Below are positions 38,969 through 48,812 of a stretch of 64,000 nt of DNA, piece after piece (within the stretch, counting starts at the first letter, position 1; every line of letters begins with the position of its first letter). Made by a program: the position numbers and the translations under genes. The stretch is from an uncultured Clostridia bacterium (lineage in GTDB: Bacteria; Bacillota; Clostridia; Oscillospirales; Acutalibacteraceae): the NCBI GenBank assembly GCA_944380855.1, contig CALWIW010000006.1, positions 1,183 through 65,182 on the forward strand. Reading direction: 5' to 3'. The notes under the pieces were generated by a model. That model searched no databases, had not been told where the DNA came from, and saw only the letters and a program-made list of their open reading frames with translations.

Positions 38969-39914
38969 TATGTATGTCTCCGCTTCACCTCATCTGAGAA
39001 GCGGTATTTCCACAACCTCGGTTATGAGGGACGTTGTTATAGCTCTTTTGCCCTCGGTTATTGCGGGAAGCATAATTTTCGGTATAAGAGCCTTGCTTAT
39101 AGTTGCTTTGACTGTTGCCTCCTGCGTGGTTTCCGAGTATATTTCAAGAAAGGTAATGAAGAGAAGCAACACAATAGGCGACTTGTCCGCTGTTGTTACA
39201 GGCGTGCTTTTGGGACTTAACTATCCTGTGGGAATCAACCCTGTTATGGCAGTGTTCGGCGGAGTTGTTGCCATTGTTGTGGTAAAGCAGATGTTCGGCG
39301 GAATAGGTCAGAACTTTGTAAACCCTGCCTTGGCTGCAAGAATTATTCTGCTTGTGTCTTTCCCGACGGATATGACCACATGGGCAACTCCTTTCTACTA
39401 TACACAGGGGGCCGTTGACGCTGTTACAAGTGCAACGCCTTTGGCTCAGAATGCCGCAGGAAATTTCGGCGGCTCTTATATGGATTTGTTTTTGGGAAAT
39501 GTTGGCGGCTGTATCGGTGAAACCTGTGCTCTTGCCATACCTTTGGGCGGTATCTACCTTATTGCAAGAAAGGTTATAAGCCCCATAATCCCCGTTACAT
39601 ATATAGCCACGGTTTTTGTTTTGGCTTTTGTTATGGGTCAGGACCCCCTGTTCCATATACTCAGCGGCGGCGTTATGCTGGGAGCATTTTTCATGGCTAC
39701 CGACTACACAACCTCACCTATAACCTCAAAGGGAAAGATTATTTTCGCCGTAGGCTGCGGACTTATGACAATGCTCATAAGGGTTTACGCAAACCTGCCC
39801 GAGGGTGTTTCCTTCTCCATTGTGCTTATGAATATACTTGTTCCTCACATTGAAAACCTTACAAGACCGAGGGCTTTCGGTGAGATAAAAAATAAAATAA
39901 AGGGGGATAAGTAA
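38958..39914 (+). CDS. rnfD: Rnf complex subunit D
   Basis: SPHL, KQMFGGIGQNFVNPA, TSATPL FMN site, FFMATD. Confidence 0.96.
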   Translation: MSSNMYVSASPHLRSGISTTSVMRDVVIALLPSVIAGSIIFGIRALLIVALTVASCVVSEYISRKVMKRSNTIGDLSAVVTGVLLGLNYPVGINPVMAVFGGVVAIVVVKQMFGGIGQNFVNPALAARIILLVSFPTDMTTWATPFYYTQGAVDAVTSATPLAQNAAGNFGGSYMDLFLGNVGGCIGETCALAIPLGGIYLIARKVISPIIPVTYIATVFVLAFVMGQDPLFHILSGGVMLGAFFMATDYTTSPITSKGKIIFAVGCGLMTMLIRVYANLPEGVSFSIVLMNILVPHIENLTRPRAFGEIKNKIKGDK

Positions 39915-40496
39915 ATGAAAAATATAAAGCTTAAAGAAATCCTTATCCCGACTGTTTCACTTTTTGTGATATGTCTTTGCGTTACCGCACTGCTTGCCGT
40001 GACAAATGCGGTTACAAAGGACGCTATAAAGGAACAGCAGGAGCTTGCCGCCGCAGAGTCAAGACAGGCGGTGTGCCCAGAAGCTGTGGACTTTGAAAAG
40101 GTTGAATACGACGTTCAGGGCGTTGAATGTTACAAGGCTTTGGACGAAAGCGGAAACCTGATAGGCTATGCAATTTCCTCAGCATCAAAGGGCTACGGCG
40201 GAGATGTTAAGGTTATGACGGGAATAAACGCAGAGGACGGCTCGGTAATCGCCATAAATGTTTACGACAACTCGGGAGAAACCCCGGGACTTGGTGTAAA
40301 CACCTCGGGAGAGAAGTTCACCTCCCAGTTTGCGGGACTTTCCTCTCAGGCGGGAGTTACCGTTGATAAGGACGCAGGAAAAAATCCGGACAGCGTGGCT
40401 GTTGACTCGGTAACGGGTGCTACAATTTCTTCCCGTGCCGTTACAAATGCGGTAAACCAGGCTTTTGAAGCCTACAATGCGGTAAAGGAGGGGTAA
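39915..40496 (+). CDS. rnfG: Rnf complex subunit G
   Basis: KGYGG, ETPGLG, TGATISS FMN motif. Confidence 0.95.
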   Translation: MKNIKLKEILIPTVSLFVICLCVTALLAVTNAVTKDAIKEQQELAAAESRQAVCPEAVDFEKVEYDVQGVECYKALDESGNLIGYAISSASKGYGGDVKVMTGINAEDGSVIAINVYDNSGETPGLGVNTSGEKFTSQFAGLSSQAGVTVDKDAGKNPDSVAVDSVTGATISSRAVTNAVNQAFEAYNAVKEG

Positions 40497-40499
40497 TTT

Positions 40500-41201
40500 A
40501 TGGAAAAGAAATCGCTTTTTAAAGAATTTTCCAAAGGAATAATCAAAGAAAACCCCGTTTTGTGTCTTGTTTTGGGAACCTGCCCCACCTTGGCGGTAAC
40601 CACCTCGGCGTCCAACGCCATAGGAATGGGCGTTGCCGCAACTGCGGTTTTGGTTTGCTCTAATATGGTTATCTCCCTTTTGAGAAAGGTAATACCGGGA
40701 AAGGTAAGAATTCCGGCATACATAACAATAATCGCAGGCTTTGTTACAATAGTTCAAATGCTTGTGCAGGCTTTTGCCCCTGCAATAAACGACAGCTTGG
40801 GAATTTATCTTCCACTTATAGTTGTTAACTGCATTATTTTGGGAAGAGCCGAAATGTTTGCAAGCAAAAACAAGGTTCTGCCCTCAATGCTTGACGGCTT
40901 GGGAATGGGCGTAGGCTTTACCGCCGCCATGCTTTTGATGGGCATGATAAGAGAGCTTTTCGGTGCAGGCTCTTTGTTCGGAATACCGATACTTTCAAAC
41001 TTCATGTCTCCGGTTATCGCCTTTATTCTTCCTCCGGGAGGATTTTTCGTGTTCGGTATGCTTATCGCCCTTGCAAATAAGCTAAACGGCGGAAAGGGTA
41101 AAGCACCGGAAGAGGTTGGCTGTGCCGGCTGTCCAATGAAAAACAGATGTCAGAATATTAAAGAAAAAGACGGCTGTAAAACAAAGGAGGGTGAAGCATA
41201 A
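40500..41201 (+). CDS. rnfE: Rnf complex subunit E
   Basis: ENPV..LGTCPTLAVT, LPLIVVNCIILGRAE, LPPGGF. Confidence 0.95.
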   Translation: MEKKSLFKEFSKGIIKENPVLCLVLGTCPTLAVTTSASNAIGMGVAATAVLVCSNMVISLLRKVIPGKVRIPAYITIIAGFVTIVQMLVQAFAPAINDSLGIYLPLIVVNCIILGRAEMFASKNKVLPSMLDGLGMGVGFTAAMLLMGMIRELFGAGSLFGIPILSNFMSPVIAFILPPGGFFVFGMLIALANKLNGGKGKAPEEVGCAGCPMKNRCQNIKEKDGCKTKEGEA

Positions 41202-41815
41202 TGGAAACAGTACAAAGCCTTGTAAGCGTTTTCCTTGCGGCTATCCTTACGGAAAACTATGTATTAAGCAAATTTTTGGGTATCTGTCCTTTTTTGGGAG
41301 TTTCCAAAAAGGTTAATACCGCCCTGGGCATGAGCTGTGCGGTAACATTCGTTATGGTTTTGGCAACAGCGGTAACATGGCCTATATATACGGGAATACT
41401 TGTTCCAAACAATTTGGCTTACCTGCAAACAATAGTATTTATCCTTGTAATCGCAGGTCTTGTACAGCTTGTTGAAATTGCCCTTAAAAAATATATGCCA
41501 CCTCTTTACAATTCTCTGGGAATTTATCTGCCCCTTATAACCACAAACTGTGCGGTTTTGGGCGTTACAATGCTTGTTTTGGAAAAAGCCGCCGCAGACG
41601 TTACTTACGGCTACGGTCACGCCTTAGTTAACGCTTTCGGTGCGGGAATAGGATTTTTGGTTGCCATGGTTATGTTTGCAGGTGTAAGACAAAGACTTGA
41701 AACCTGCGATATACCAAAAAGCCTCAGAGGACTTCCCATAACGCTGGTTGCGGCTTCCCTTACCTCTTTAAGCTTTTTGGGATTTTCGGGACTTGTTGAA
41801 GGTCTTATGGGCTGA
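41201..41815 (+). CDS. rnfA: Rnf complex subunit A
   Basis: FLGICPFLGVS, LPLITTNCAVLG. Confidence 0.95.
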   Translation: METVQSLVSVFLAAILTENYVLSKFLGICPFLGVSKKVNTALGMSCAVTFVMVLATAVTWPIYTGILVPNNLAYLQTIVFILVIAGLVQLVEIALKKYMPPLYNSLGIYLPLITTNCAVLGVTMLVLEKAAADVTYGYGHALVNAFGAGIGFLVAMVMFAGVRQRLETCDIPKSLRGLPITLVAASLTSLSFLGFSGLVEGLMG

Positions 41816-41861
41816 TTGCCAAAAAACAGATGATAATTGATTGTAAGGAGTATTGATTGAT

Positions 41862-42653
41862 ATGAACGAAATTTTGATTGCGGTTTTGATTGTAGCCGCA
41901 ATGGGTCTTATAATCGGACTTATCCTTGCCGTGGCTTCTGTTATTATGGCTGTCCCAAAGGACGAAAAGGCAGAGGCGGTACTGGAGGTTTTGCCGGGAG
42001 CCAACTGCGGTGCCTGCGGTTACTCAGGCTGTTCGGGATATGCAAAGGCACTTGCCCACGGAGAAGCCCAGCCGGGACTCTGCTCACCGGGCGGCGAGGA
42101 GTGCGTAAAGGCGATTGCCAGGGTTTTGGGCGTTGAAGCAGGAGCAATTGAGAGAAAAACCGCCGTTGTAAAATGCGACGGAACAGGGGAAAATTCACCT
42201 CTTAAAATGGAGTATCAGGGTATAAACACCTGTGCCGCAGCAGCAGCCCTTCACGGTGGAACAAAAAACTGTTCCTACGGCTGTATCGGCTTCGGCGACT
42301 GTGTAAATGTCTGCGAATACGACGCAATAGTAATTGATAACAACGTGGCAAGAATAAATCCCGCAAAATGCAAAAGCTGCGGAATGTGCGTAAAGACCTG
42401 CCCCAAGCACCTTATTTCCATTGTTCCTCTTAAAAAGCAGGCTGTGGTTATGTGCAGCAACTGTGACAAGGGTGCGGCGGCAACGGCTGTATGCAGAACC
42501 GCCTGCATAGCCTGCATGAAATGTGCGAAAGCCTGTCCTGCGGGTGCCATAAAGATAAAAAACCTCCATGCAGTTGTAAATCCTCAGCTTTGTACCGGCT
42601 GCGGAGAGTGTGCAAAGGTATGTCCAAAGAACTGCATAGGTATGATGGAATAA
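41862..42653 (+). CDS. rnfB: Rnf complex subunit B
   Basis: LPGANCGACGYSGC followed by several CxxCxxCxxxCP motifs. Confidence 0.95.
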   Translation: MNEILIAVLIVAAMGLIIGLILAVASVIMAVPKDEKAEAVLEVLPGANCGACGYSGCSGYAKALAHGEAQPGLCSPGGEECVKAIARVLGVEAGAIERKTAVVKCDGTGENSPLKMEYQGINTCAAAAALHGGTKNCSYGCIGFGDCVNVCEYDAIVIDNNVARINPAKCKSCGMCVKTCPKHLISIVPLKKQAVVMCSNCDKGAAATAVCRTACIACMKCAKACPAGAIKIKNLHAVVNPQLCTGCGECAKVCPKNCIGMME

Positions 42654-42714
42654 AATACAAGTGAAATAAATTTGAATTTTTGTGAATAAAAATTGATTTT
42701 TCGCAAAAAGACTG

Positions 42715-42760
42715 AAAATCCCCGATAGATGCAGTATAATTATACATATCGGGGATTTTT
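42715..42760 (+). terminator. Terminator of rnf operon with a TATAAT in its loop
   Basis: AAAATCCCCGATA/TATCGGGGATTTT stem; TATAAT at 42735-42740. Confidence 0.6.
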
Positions 42761-42801
42761 CTCTGTTTAGAGTAAATATACGGAGTACAGGAGTGAGATA
42801 A

Positions 42802-43779
42802 TTGATTGAAGTTTCAAATTTGTCAAAATCCTACGGTAATCTTGAAGCCATAAAGGATATAAGCTTTACCGCAGAGGAGGGCGAAATTTTAGGACTTTTA
42901 GGACCCAACGGTGCCGGAAAGTCCACAACCATGAACATAATTACAGGGTATTTGGGAAAAACCTCGGGTACGGTCACTGTAGACGGTATCGACGTTTCTC
43001 AAAAACCCAAAGAAGCCAAAAAGAAGATAGGCTATCTTCCCGAAATACCTCCGCTTTATACGGATATGACTGTGGAAAAATTTTTGGGCTTTGTCTTTGA
43101 CCTTAAATGTGTCGAGCTTCCCAAAAAAGAGCATATAGACGAAATTATGAAAACCGCAGGCATATCAGACGTTTCGGGACGAATAATAAAGAACCTTTCA
43201 AAGGGTTACAAACAGCGTGTGGGCTTTGCCCAGGCACTGCTGGGGTATCCGCCTGTTTTGGTTTTGGACGAACCCACGGTAGGACTTGACCCAAGCCAGA
43301 TAATAGAGTTTCGTAAAATAATAAAGGGTCTGGGAAAAAAGCACACTATTATTTTTTCCTCTCATATTCTTTCAGAGGTTTCTGAAATATGCGACAGAAT
43401 AGTGGTTATTTCAGGGGGCAAAGTGGTGACAGACGAGAAAACCTCAGAGCTTTCAAAGAAGTTTGCGGACTCTCCAAAGGTTGTGGTTGAAATTCAGGGA
43501 CCAAGCTCAGAAGTTTGTCAGGCTTTAAGAGAAATAGAGGGCGTTTTAAAAACAGAGCTTCTCTCCGAGGAAAACGGAGCAGTCAAGATAAGAATTACCC
43601 ACAAACAGGAAAAGGATATACGTCAAAACATATTTGCTGTTATGGCGGAAAAGAATTATCCTATTCTTGAAATGGGCAAGACAAAGCTGAGCCTTGAGGA
43701 GCTTTATCTCCAGCTTACCGCGTCTTCCGAAAATTCTCAAAGACAAAATACAAAAACGGGAAAGAGAGGTAAGAAATAA
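42802..43779 (+). CDS. ABC transporter ATP-binding protein (GldA-like)
   Basis: GPNGAGKST, LSKGYKQR, LDEPT. Confidence 0.93.
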   Translation: MIEVSNLSKSYGNLEAIKDISFTAEEGEILGLLGPNGAGKSTTMNIITGYLGKTSGTVTVDGIDVSQKPKEAKKKIGYLPEIPPLYTDMTVEKFLGFVFDLKCVELPKKEHIDEIMKTAGISDVSGRIIKNLSKGYKQRVGFAQALLGYPPVLVLDEPTVGLDPSQIIEFRKIIKGLGKKHTIIFSSHILSEVSEICDRIVVISGGKVVTDEKTSELSKKFADSPKVVVEIQGPSSEVCQALREIEGVLKTELLSEENGAVKIRITHKQEKDIRQNIFAVMAEKNYPILEMGKTKLSLEELYLQLTASSENSQRQNTKTGKRGKK

Positions 43780-44483
43780 TGGCGGCTGTACTTAAAAGAG
43801 AGCTTGGCTCTTATTTTCGTTCTCCTATAGGCTACACAATAGTGGCAATTTTTTATTTCTTTGCAAACATATTCTTTAATATGTATTGTCTTAGCTACAA
43901 TTCCAGCAACATGAGCTCGGTATTTCAGAATATGTTTTTGATTATGCTGTTTATAATTCCTATAATTACCATGAAAACATTCAGCGAGGACAAAAAGCTG
44001 GGAACAGACAAGCTTTTGCTTACTTCCCCTGTTTCCACGGTAAAAATTGTTTTCGGAAAATATCTCAGTGCGATTATTGTATACGCAATTTGCCTTATGA
44101 TATTTGTTTTTCAGGGAATTATACTTGATTTTTATACAACTCCTCAATGGTCGGTAATACTCTGTACCGTTTTCGGAATGCTGCTTATGGGTTCTGCCAT
44201 AATTTCCATCGGCCTTTTGATTTCTTCCCTTACGGAAAGTCAGGTTATAGCCTGTGTGGGTACTCTCGGTGTGGGATTTTTCCTTTACATAATGGACGTG
44301 GTGGCAAACCTTGCAAACAATTCCGCTGTTTCCTATATTGTTGGAGTATTCACCTTTATTCAGAGGTTTTCCGATTTTACCCTGGGAATTTTAAATCCTG
44401 CCCATGTGCTGTATTTCCTCAGCGTAACCTGTCTGTTCCTGTGGCTGACGGTAAAATCTTTCGGCAAAAACAGCAGAAGTTAA
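43779..44483 (+). CDS. ABC-2 type permease (GldF-like)
   Basis: KRELGSYFRSPIGY, SEDKKLGTDKLLLTSP; 6 TM. Confidence 0.9.
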   Translation: MAAVLKRELGSYFRSPIGYTIVAIFYFFANIFFNMYCLSYNSSNMSSVFQNMFLIMLFIIPIITMKTFSEDKKLGTDKLLLTSPVSTVKIVFGKYLSAIIVYAICLMIFVFQGIILDFYTTPQWSVILCTVFGMLLMGSAIISIGLLISSLTESQVIACVGTLGVGFFLYIMDVVANLANNSAVSYIVGVFTFIQRFSDFTLGILNPAHVLYFLSVTCLFLWLTVKSFGKNSRS

Positions 44484-44496
44484 GGAGGCGTAAACA

Positions 44497-45918
44497 GTGA
44501 AAAACAAAAAATTATCTTCAGCGATTTTTACACTCCTGCTTGTGCTTGTATTGGTGGGAGTAAACATAGGTGCGTCGGCATTGGTGGAGAAATACCCGTC
44601 TATGCAGATGGATTTTACAATCGGCAAGAATTTTGAGCTTTCCTCTCAAATGGAAAAGTATTTGGACACGGTTGAAACCGACACAAAATTTACAGTGTTG
44701 ATGACCGAGGAAGCCTTTGACAGCAGCGGTGCCTATTATATGCAGATAAACACACTGCTTAAAAAAATGGCTCTTTACAACAGCCATATTACCGCTGAAT
44801 ATGTGAATTTAAACAATACTCCGACTTTTTCGGAAAATTATCCCCAAATAAACTGGGATGACGCAACCGAATATTTAATGCTTGTTGAAAGCGGTGAAAA
44901 TTACCTGATTTTGGACATGGACGATGTTTTTGAATCAGGCATTGATTACAGTACACTTTCAAAATACATAACAGCGTCAAAATTTGAGCAGGCTGCCGCA
45001 ACTGCAATTTATAATGTTACAGCAACCGAAAAGCCAAAGGCGGTATTTATAAAAGATGTAGGCGAGGGCGATTACAGCAGATTTACCACCATTCTCAGGG
45101 ATAACGCTTTTGATGTTGAAGAGATAAACCTGACCACAACAGATATTCCTGATGACACAGATTTTGTGGTTCTGTTCGCTCCATCTGTTGACCTGACAGA
45201 GCAGGCGGCAAACAGACTTACGGATTACCTTGAACAAGGCAAAGAAAACGGTGCAAACTTTATATACATTCCCAGCTATGAAAATGTAAGCTGTCCGAAT
45301 GTTGATAAAATTCTGGAGAAATATAGCCTGTCCATAGGCTCGGGCATTGTCTTTGAAACCGACTCCACCTATCTTGTATCCTCAGAAAGCTTTTATATTA
45401 CCCTTGCCGACTATAACGGCAAAATCTTTATGGACGGACTTGTAAACCAAAACGTTCCCGTAATTTCCCCTTACTCAAGACCTGTGGAAATAATAGAAGA
45501 GTCAGAAAGTGTGCAGGGTATGCTTTATTCCTCACCCACTGCGGGAGTTTATCCTTTTGACGCAGGCGAGGACTTTAACTACGAAGACGTTATATCCGAC
45601 GAAGAAATACCCCTTGCGGCTATAAGCTCAATAGAAAATTCCAACACGGTGGTTATAGGCTCCTGTGACGCTTTCGCAGAGGCTCTCCTCAACAACGGAA
45701 GCTACAATAACAGTGCGTATTTTGTAAATGTATTTAACACTTTGGCGGAAAAAGAATCCCCCGATATTGTTATTGAAAGCAAGTCTTTCAGTGCCTACGG
45801 CTTGGGGCTTACAAGCTACAGTCAGGTGGCTGTTCTTTCCTTTGTTTTAAGGTTTGTAATTCCCGCTTTGATTCTTATTTTCGGAATAGTTGTATTTATC
45901 AGAAGACGAAACAAATAA
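44497..45918 (+). CDS. GldG-family ABC auxiliary extracellular component
   Basis: N- and C-terminal TM helices, DFT..FELS motif, ends in RRRNK; in operon with the ABC genes. Confidence 0.82.
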   Translation: MKNKKLSSAIFTLLLVLVLVGVNIGASALVEKYPSMQMDFTIGKNFELSSQMEKYLDTVETDTKFTVLMTEEAFDSSGAYYMQINTLLKKMALYNSHITAEYVNLNNTPTFSENYPQINWDDATEYLMLVESGENYLILDMDDVFESGIDYSTLSKYITASKFEQAAATAIYNVTATEKPKAVFIKDVGEGDYSRFTTILRDNAFDVEEINLTTTDIPDDTDFVVLFAPSVDLTEQAANRLTDYLEQGKENGANFIYIPSYENVSCPNVDKILEKYSLSIGSGIVFETDSTYLVSSESFYITLADYNGKIFMDGLVNQNVPVISPYSRPVEIIEESESVQGMLYSSPTAGVYPFDAGEDFNYEDVISDEEIPLAAISSIENSNTVVIGSCDAFAEALLNNGSYNNSAYFVNVFNTLAEKESPDIVIESKSFSAYGLGLTSYSQVAVLSFVLRFVIPALILIFGIVVFIRRRNK

Positions 45919-45944
45919 TTTACTTAAATAAAGAGGCGGTTTTC

Positions 45945-46406
45945 ATGAGTGAAAAGGGTAAATTAGCAAAAGAAAATTTTAACAGCGGGTGTAACTGTGC
46001 CCAGTCGGTGGCTGTGTCTTTTTGCGAGGAATGCGGATTTGACCGTGACACCTTGATGAAGCTTTCCTGCTCTTTCGGTGCGGGAATGGGCAGACTCAGA
46101 GAGGTCTGCGGAGCGGTGAGCGGTATGCTTTTGGTAGCAGGAAAACTGTATGCTCCCACCGACCCAACAGACGACAAGGCAAAGGCTGAACATTATAAAA
46201 GGGTTCAGGAACTGGCTTTTAAGTTTAAAGAAAAGCACGGAACTTTAATTTGCCGTGAGCTTTTGGGACTTGATATTGAGGGAGCCGACGACCCTACTCC
46301 CTTAAAGCGTACAGAAGAATATTATCAAAGCCGTCCCTGCGGAGATTTTATAGAGGACGGAGCAAATATTCTTATGGACTATATAAATAAGCACCCCTAT
46401 AAATAA
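45945..46406 (+). CDS. C_GCAxxG_C_C family putative redox protein
   Basis: NCAQSV, EVCGAVSG, ICRELL, PC. Confidence 0.88.
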   Translation: MSEKGKLAKENFNSGCNCAQSVAVSFCEECGFDRDTLMKLSCSFGAGMGRLREVCGAVSGMLLVAGKLYAPTDPTDDKAKAEHYKRVQELAFKFKEKHGTLICRELLGLDIEGADDPTPLKRTEEYYQSRPCGDFIEDGANILMDYINKHPYK

Positions 46407-46430
46407 TCTTTTCAAGTTTATAAGCTATAA

Positions 46431-46466
46431 AAAATCCTATCTGCCAATGTTGACAGATAGGATTTT
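46431..46466. terminator. Bidirectional terminator
   Basis: AAAATCCTATCTG/CAGATAGGATTTT between convergent genes. Confidence 0.8.
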
Positions 46467-46470
46467 AATT

Positions 46471-48543
46471 TTAGAGTTTGCTAATTATTTGTGACAGGAA
46501 TTTTTGTATTTGTGTTGCATCAACAATAGTAATCTTACCATCTCCGTTTGTATCTGCTACAGATAGCTGTGTACTGTCAAATGTTACAATCTGTGAAAGG
46601 TATTTTTGTATCTCAGTTGCATCTACAATAGAAACAACACCATCTTTATTTACGTCACCTTTTGCTATATCGGGCGTGTTTTTCTTCCATACAGCATATA
46701 GTGTGCTGTTTTTATTCGGCGTTACTATTTCTGTGCCGGAAGTAGCGGAGGAAGAGGTTGACCAGCCTTTATATGTATAGCCGCTTCGGGTGGGCTTTGG
46801 TAATATTATCGGATTTCCTTTTAAAGTCAATATATTTGATACAGATACAGAGCCCCCGTTTGCATTTAATGTTGTTTTATAGAATGTAATTGGTGTTGTA
46901 GAAGACAAATTCCCGCTTATATCTTTTACCGTAATATAATATGTACCGGGTGATGATATTGTTTTAGTCACATAATAGCTTGCTTGTCCTATGATACCGG
47001 TATACGTGTTGTTACTGTAAGAACTGCTTGTACCCCAATAATACCCGGCTATGCCTGTATTATCCGATAATCCTAATGTTAGGGATTGACTTGAAGAAAG
47101 ATTGTTTGTAGCAACTACTGATGATACGCTTGGTTTTTCAAAGTCTGTAGCTTTTATCGTATCTTCATATGTTCCGTTTAGTTTGCCGGAGACCGTTGTT
47201 TTTATCTTATATTCCCCTGATATTTTTGGAACAAAACTAAACCATGTGCAGTCGTTGTTTTTATAAGACGCAGATTTTATTACGGTGCCTTGGGGATCGT
47301 ACACTGTCACTTTGACAGTGTACCCGTTTCCCTGTGTCCAGTAAGCAGTAACGTCATTAAGATTTTTCTTCGTGTATTTATCTCTTATAAGATAACTGCA
47401 GTATGCTGTTTCGCCTACATTAACTGAGTCAATTTCGTTTGCGTCGTTGTCTTTCCATGCCCAAATTTTTATTTGGGGACCTGTTTTTGCCCAAACCTGA
47501 AATGATACGGAGCAGGAAATATTGACATCACCTGTAATTGTCACTGTTCCGGTATAGGTATCTTCCGTATTGCATACGGTTGAAATCCAGTTTCGGTTAC
47601 TATTTGTGTAAGTATATTCAAATACTTTTCCACTTGAGTTTCTTATGGTTTCTGTAGCTTTATACCGTAAATTACTCGATGTGCTGACGGGTTGTCCTGT
47701 TGTTTCATCTATCAGCTCGTAACAAATATAATATTTGTTTCCTAACACATAATTGGAAGGCACGTTTCCCATTTCAGTATCAGATACCCAAACGTGTAAG
47801 TTATATGTTTTGCTTTCCATTTTTTTGAGATATTCCATACTGCAATATCCTGTGTATCCGTTCCATTCAACATGAGCCCAATAACCGTCTGCTTTGCTTA
47901 CATAAACTTTGGAGCCCTTAGGAATTGAAGTTACAATTCCATAATTTGTTCCATGACCGCTTCGCATTGTTAAAGGTTGACTTCCAGTAGAAACAAAATA
48001 GTCTCCTGCATAACTTTCAGAACAAGAACATACCGTGTCGGACACATAACGCAGAACCCCGTCCCATGGATGATTATAATATCCTGAAACAGATACTTCT
48101 GTACCGGTTTGGTCGCCTGTCTGAGGATATCCTCTGTTAGAGTGAGCACCGACATTTTGATTGTTTCCTAAATAAATTTCTGTATGACTAACTTCATTCA
48201 GTAAAATATCTCCTCTTTTCAAATTTGCGGTTCCGCCTATTTGACTCCAAGGTATCCACTGAAATCCGTGTTGCGTAAATTGACTCCGCATATTTCCAGT
48301 ATATGTAGCGGTTCCGGTATCAACTCCGGCACTCTTAAATGCAGATATAACAAATGACGAACAATCGTAGTCCGGTCCCCATCTGCTGGATTGGCTGTAG
48401 CCGTGTGAATTGTCGTTAGCTATTGAAATTGCCCACGCTATAGCTTTTTCTACCACGGAAGAAGCAGCATTTGCACTGGGTGCAATTAATAAAACGCTAA
48501 TGATAATACAAACAGACAATAATAAAGACACAATTTTTTTCAT
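46471..48543 (-). CDS. Secreted NlpC/P60-type cell-wall hydrolase with SH3b, InlB B-repeat and dockerin-like modules
   Basis: Signal peptide; YSQ..RWGPDYDCSS..HTE; LTMRSGHG..WAHVEWNGYTGY; PTRSGYTYKGW; GDVNKDG..ADTNGDG. Confidence 0.85.
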   Translation of the reverse strand: MKKIVSLLLSVCIIISVLLIAPSANAASSVVEKAIAWAISIANDNSHGYSQSSRWGPDYDCSSFVISAFKSAGVDTGTATYTGNMRSQFTQHGFQWIPWSQIGGTANLKRGDILLNEVSHTEIYLGNNQNVGAHSNRGYPQTGDQTGTEVSVSGYYNHPWDGVLRYVSDTVCSCSESYAGDYFVSTGSQPLTMRSGHGTNYGIVTSIPKGSKVYVSKADGYWAHVEWNGYTGYCSMEYLKKMESKTYNLHVWVSDTEMGNVPSNYVLGNKYYICYELIDETTGQPVSTSSNLRYKATETIRNSSGKVFEYTYTNSNRNWISTVCNTEDTYTGTVTITGDVNISCSVSFQVWAKTGPQIKIWAWKDNDANEIDSVNVGETAYCSYLIRDKYTKKNLNDVTAYWTQGNGYTVKVTVYDPQGTVIKSASYKNNDCTWFSFVPKISGEYKIKTTVSGKLNGTYEDTIKATDFEKPSVSSVVATNNLSSSQSLTLGLSDNTGIAGYYWGTSSSYSNNTYTGIIGQASYYVTKTISSPGTYYITVKDISGNLSSTTPITFYKTTLNANGGSVSVSNILTLKGNPIILPKPTRSGYTYKGWSTSSSATSGTEIVTPNKNSTLYAVWKKNTPDIAKGDVNKDGVVSIVDATEIQKYLSQIVTFDSTQLSVADTNGDGKITIVDATQIQKFLSQIISKL

Positions 48544-48758
48544 GATTAAAGCCCTCCTTATTATTTTTAACTTATTAAAATCACCCTTAAAGCATCTACA
48601 TTATTATATATTATAACATAATTTTATTATCATTTTCAATATATTTTAACTATATTATTAAAATTAATTATTTAAGCTATAAAACGTCCTCAATTTCTCA
48701 CAGTACTAATAAATTTACCCAAAATTACTTTCAACACTTGCTTAATAGTTATAAAAAA

Positions 48759-48782
48759 CAGGCAGAGTATTTTCTCTGCCTG
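48759..48782 (-). terminator. Rho-independent terminator
   Basis: CAGGCAGAG/CTCTGCCTG stem preceded by an A tract on the + strand. Confidence 0.7.
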
Positions 48783-48812
48783 CCTACTGAATTACTGATT
48801 TATCAGTGTATT

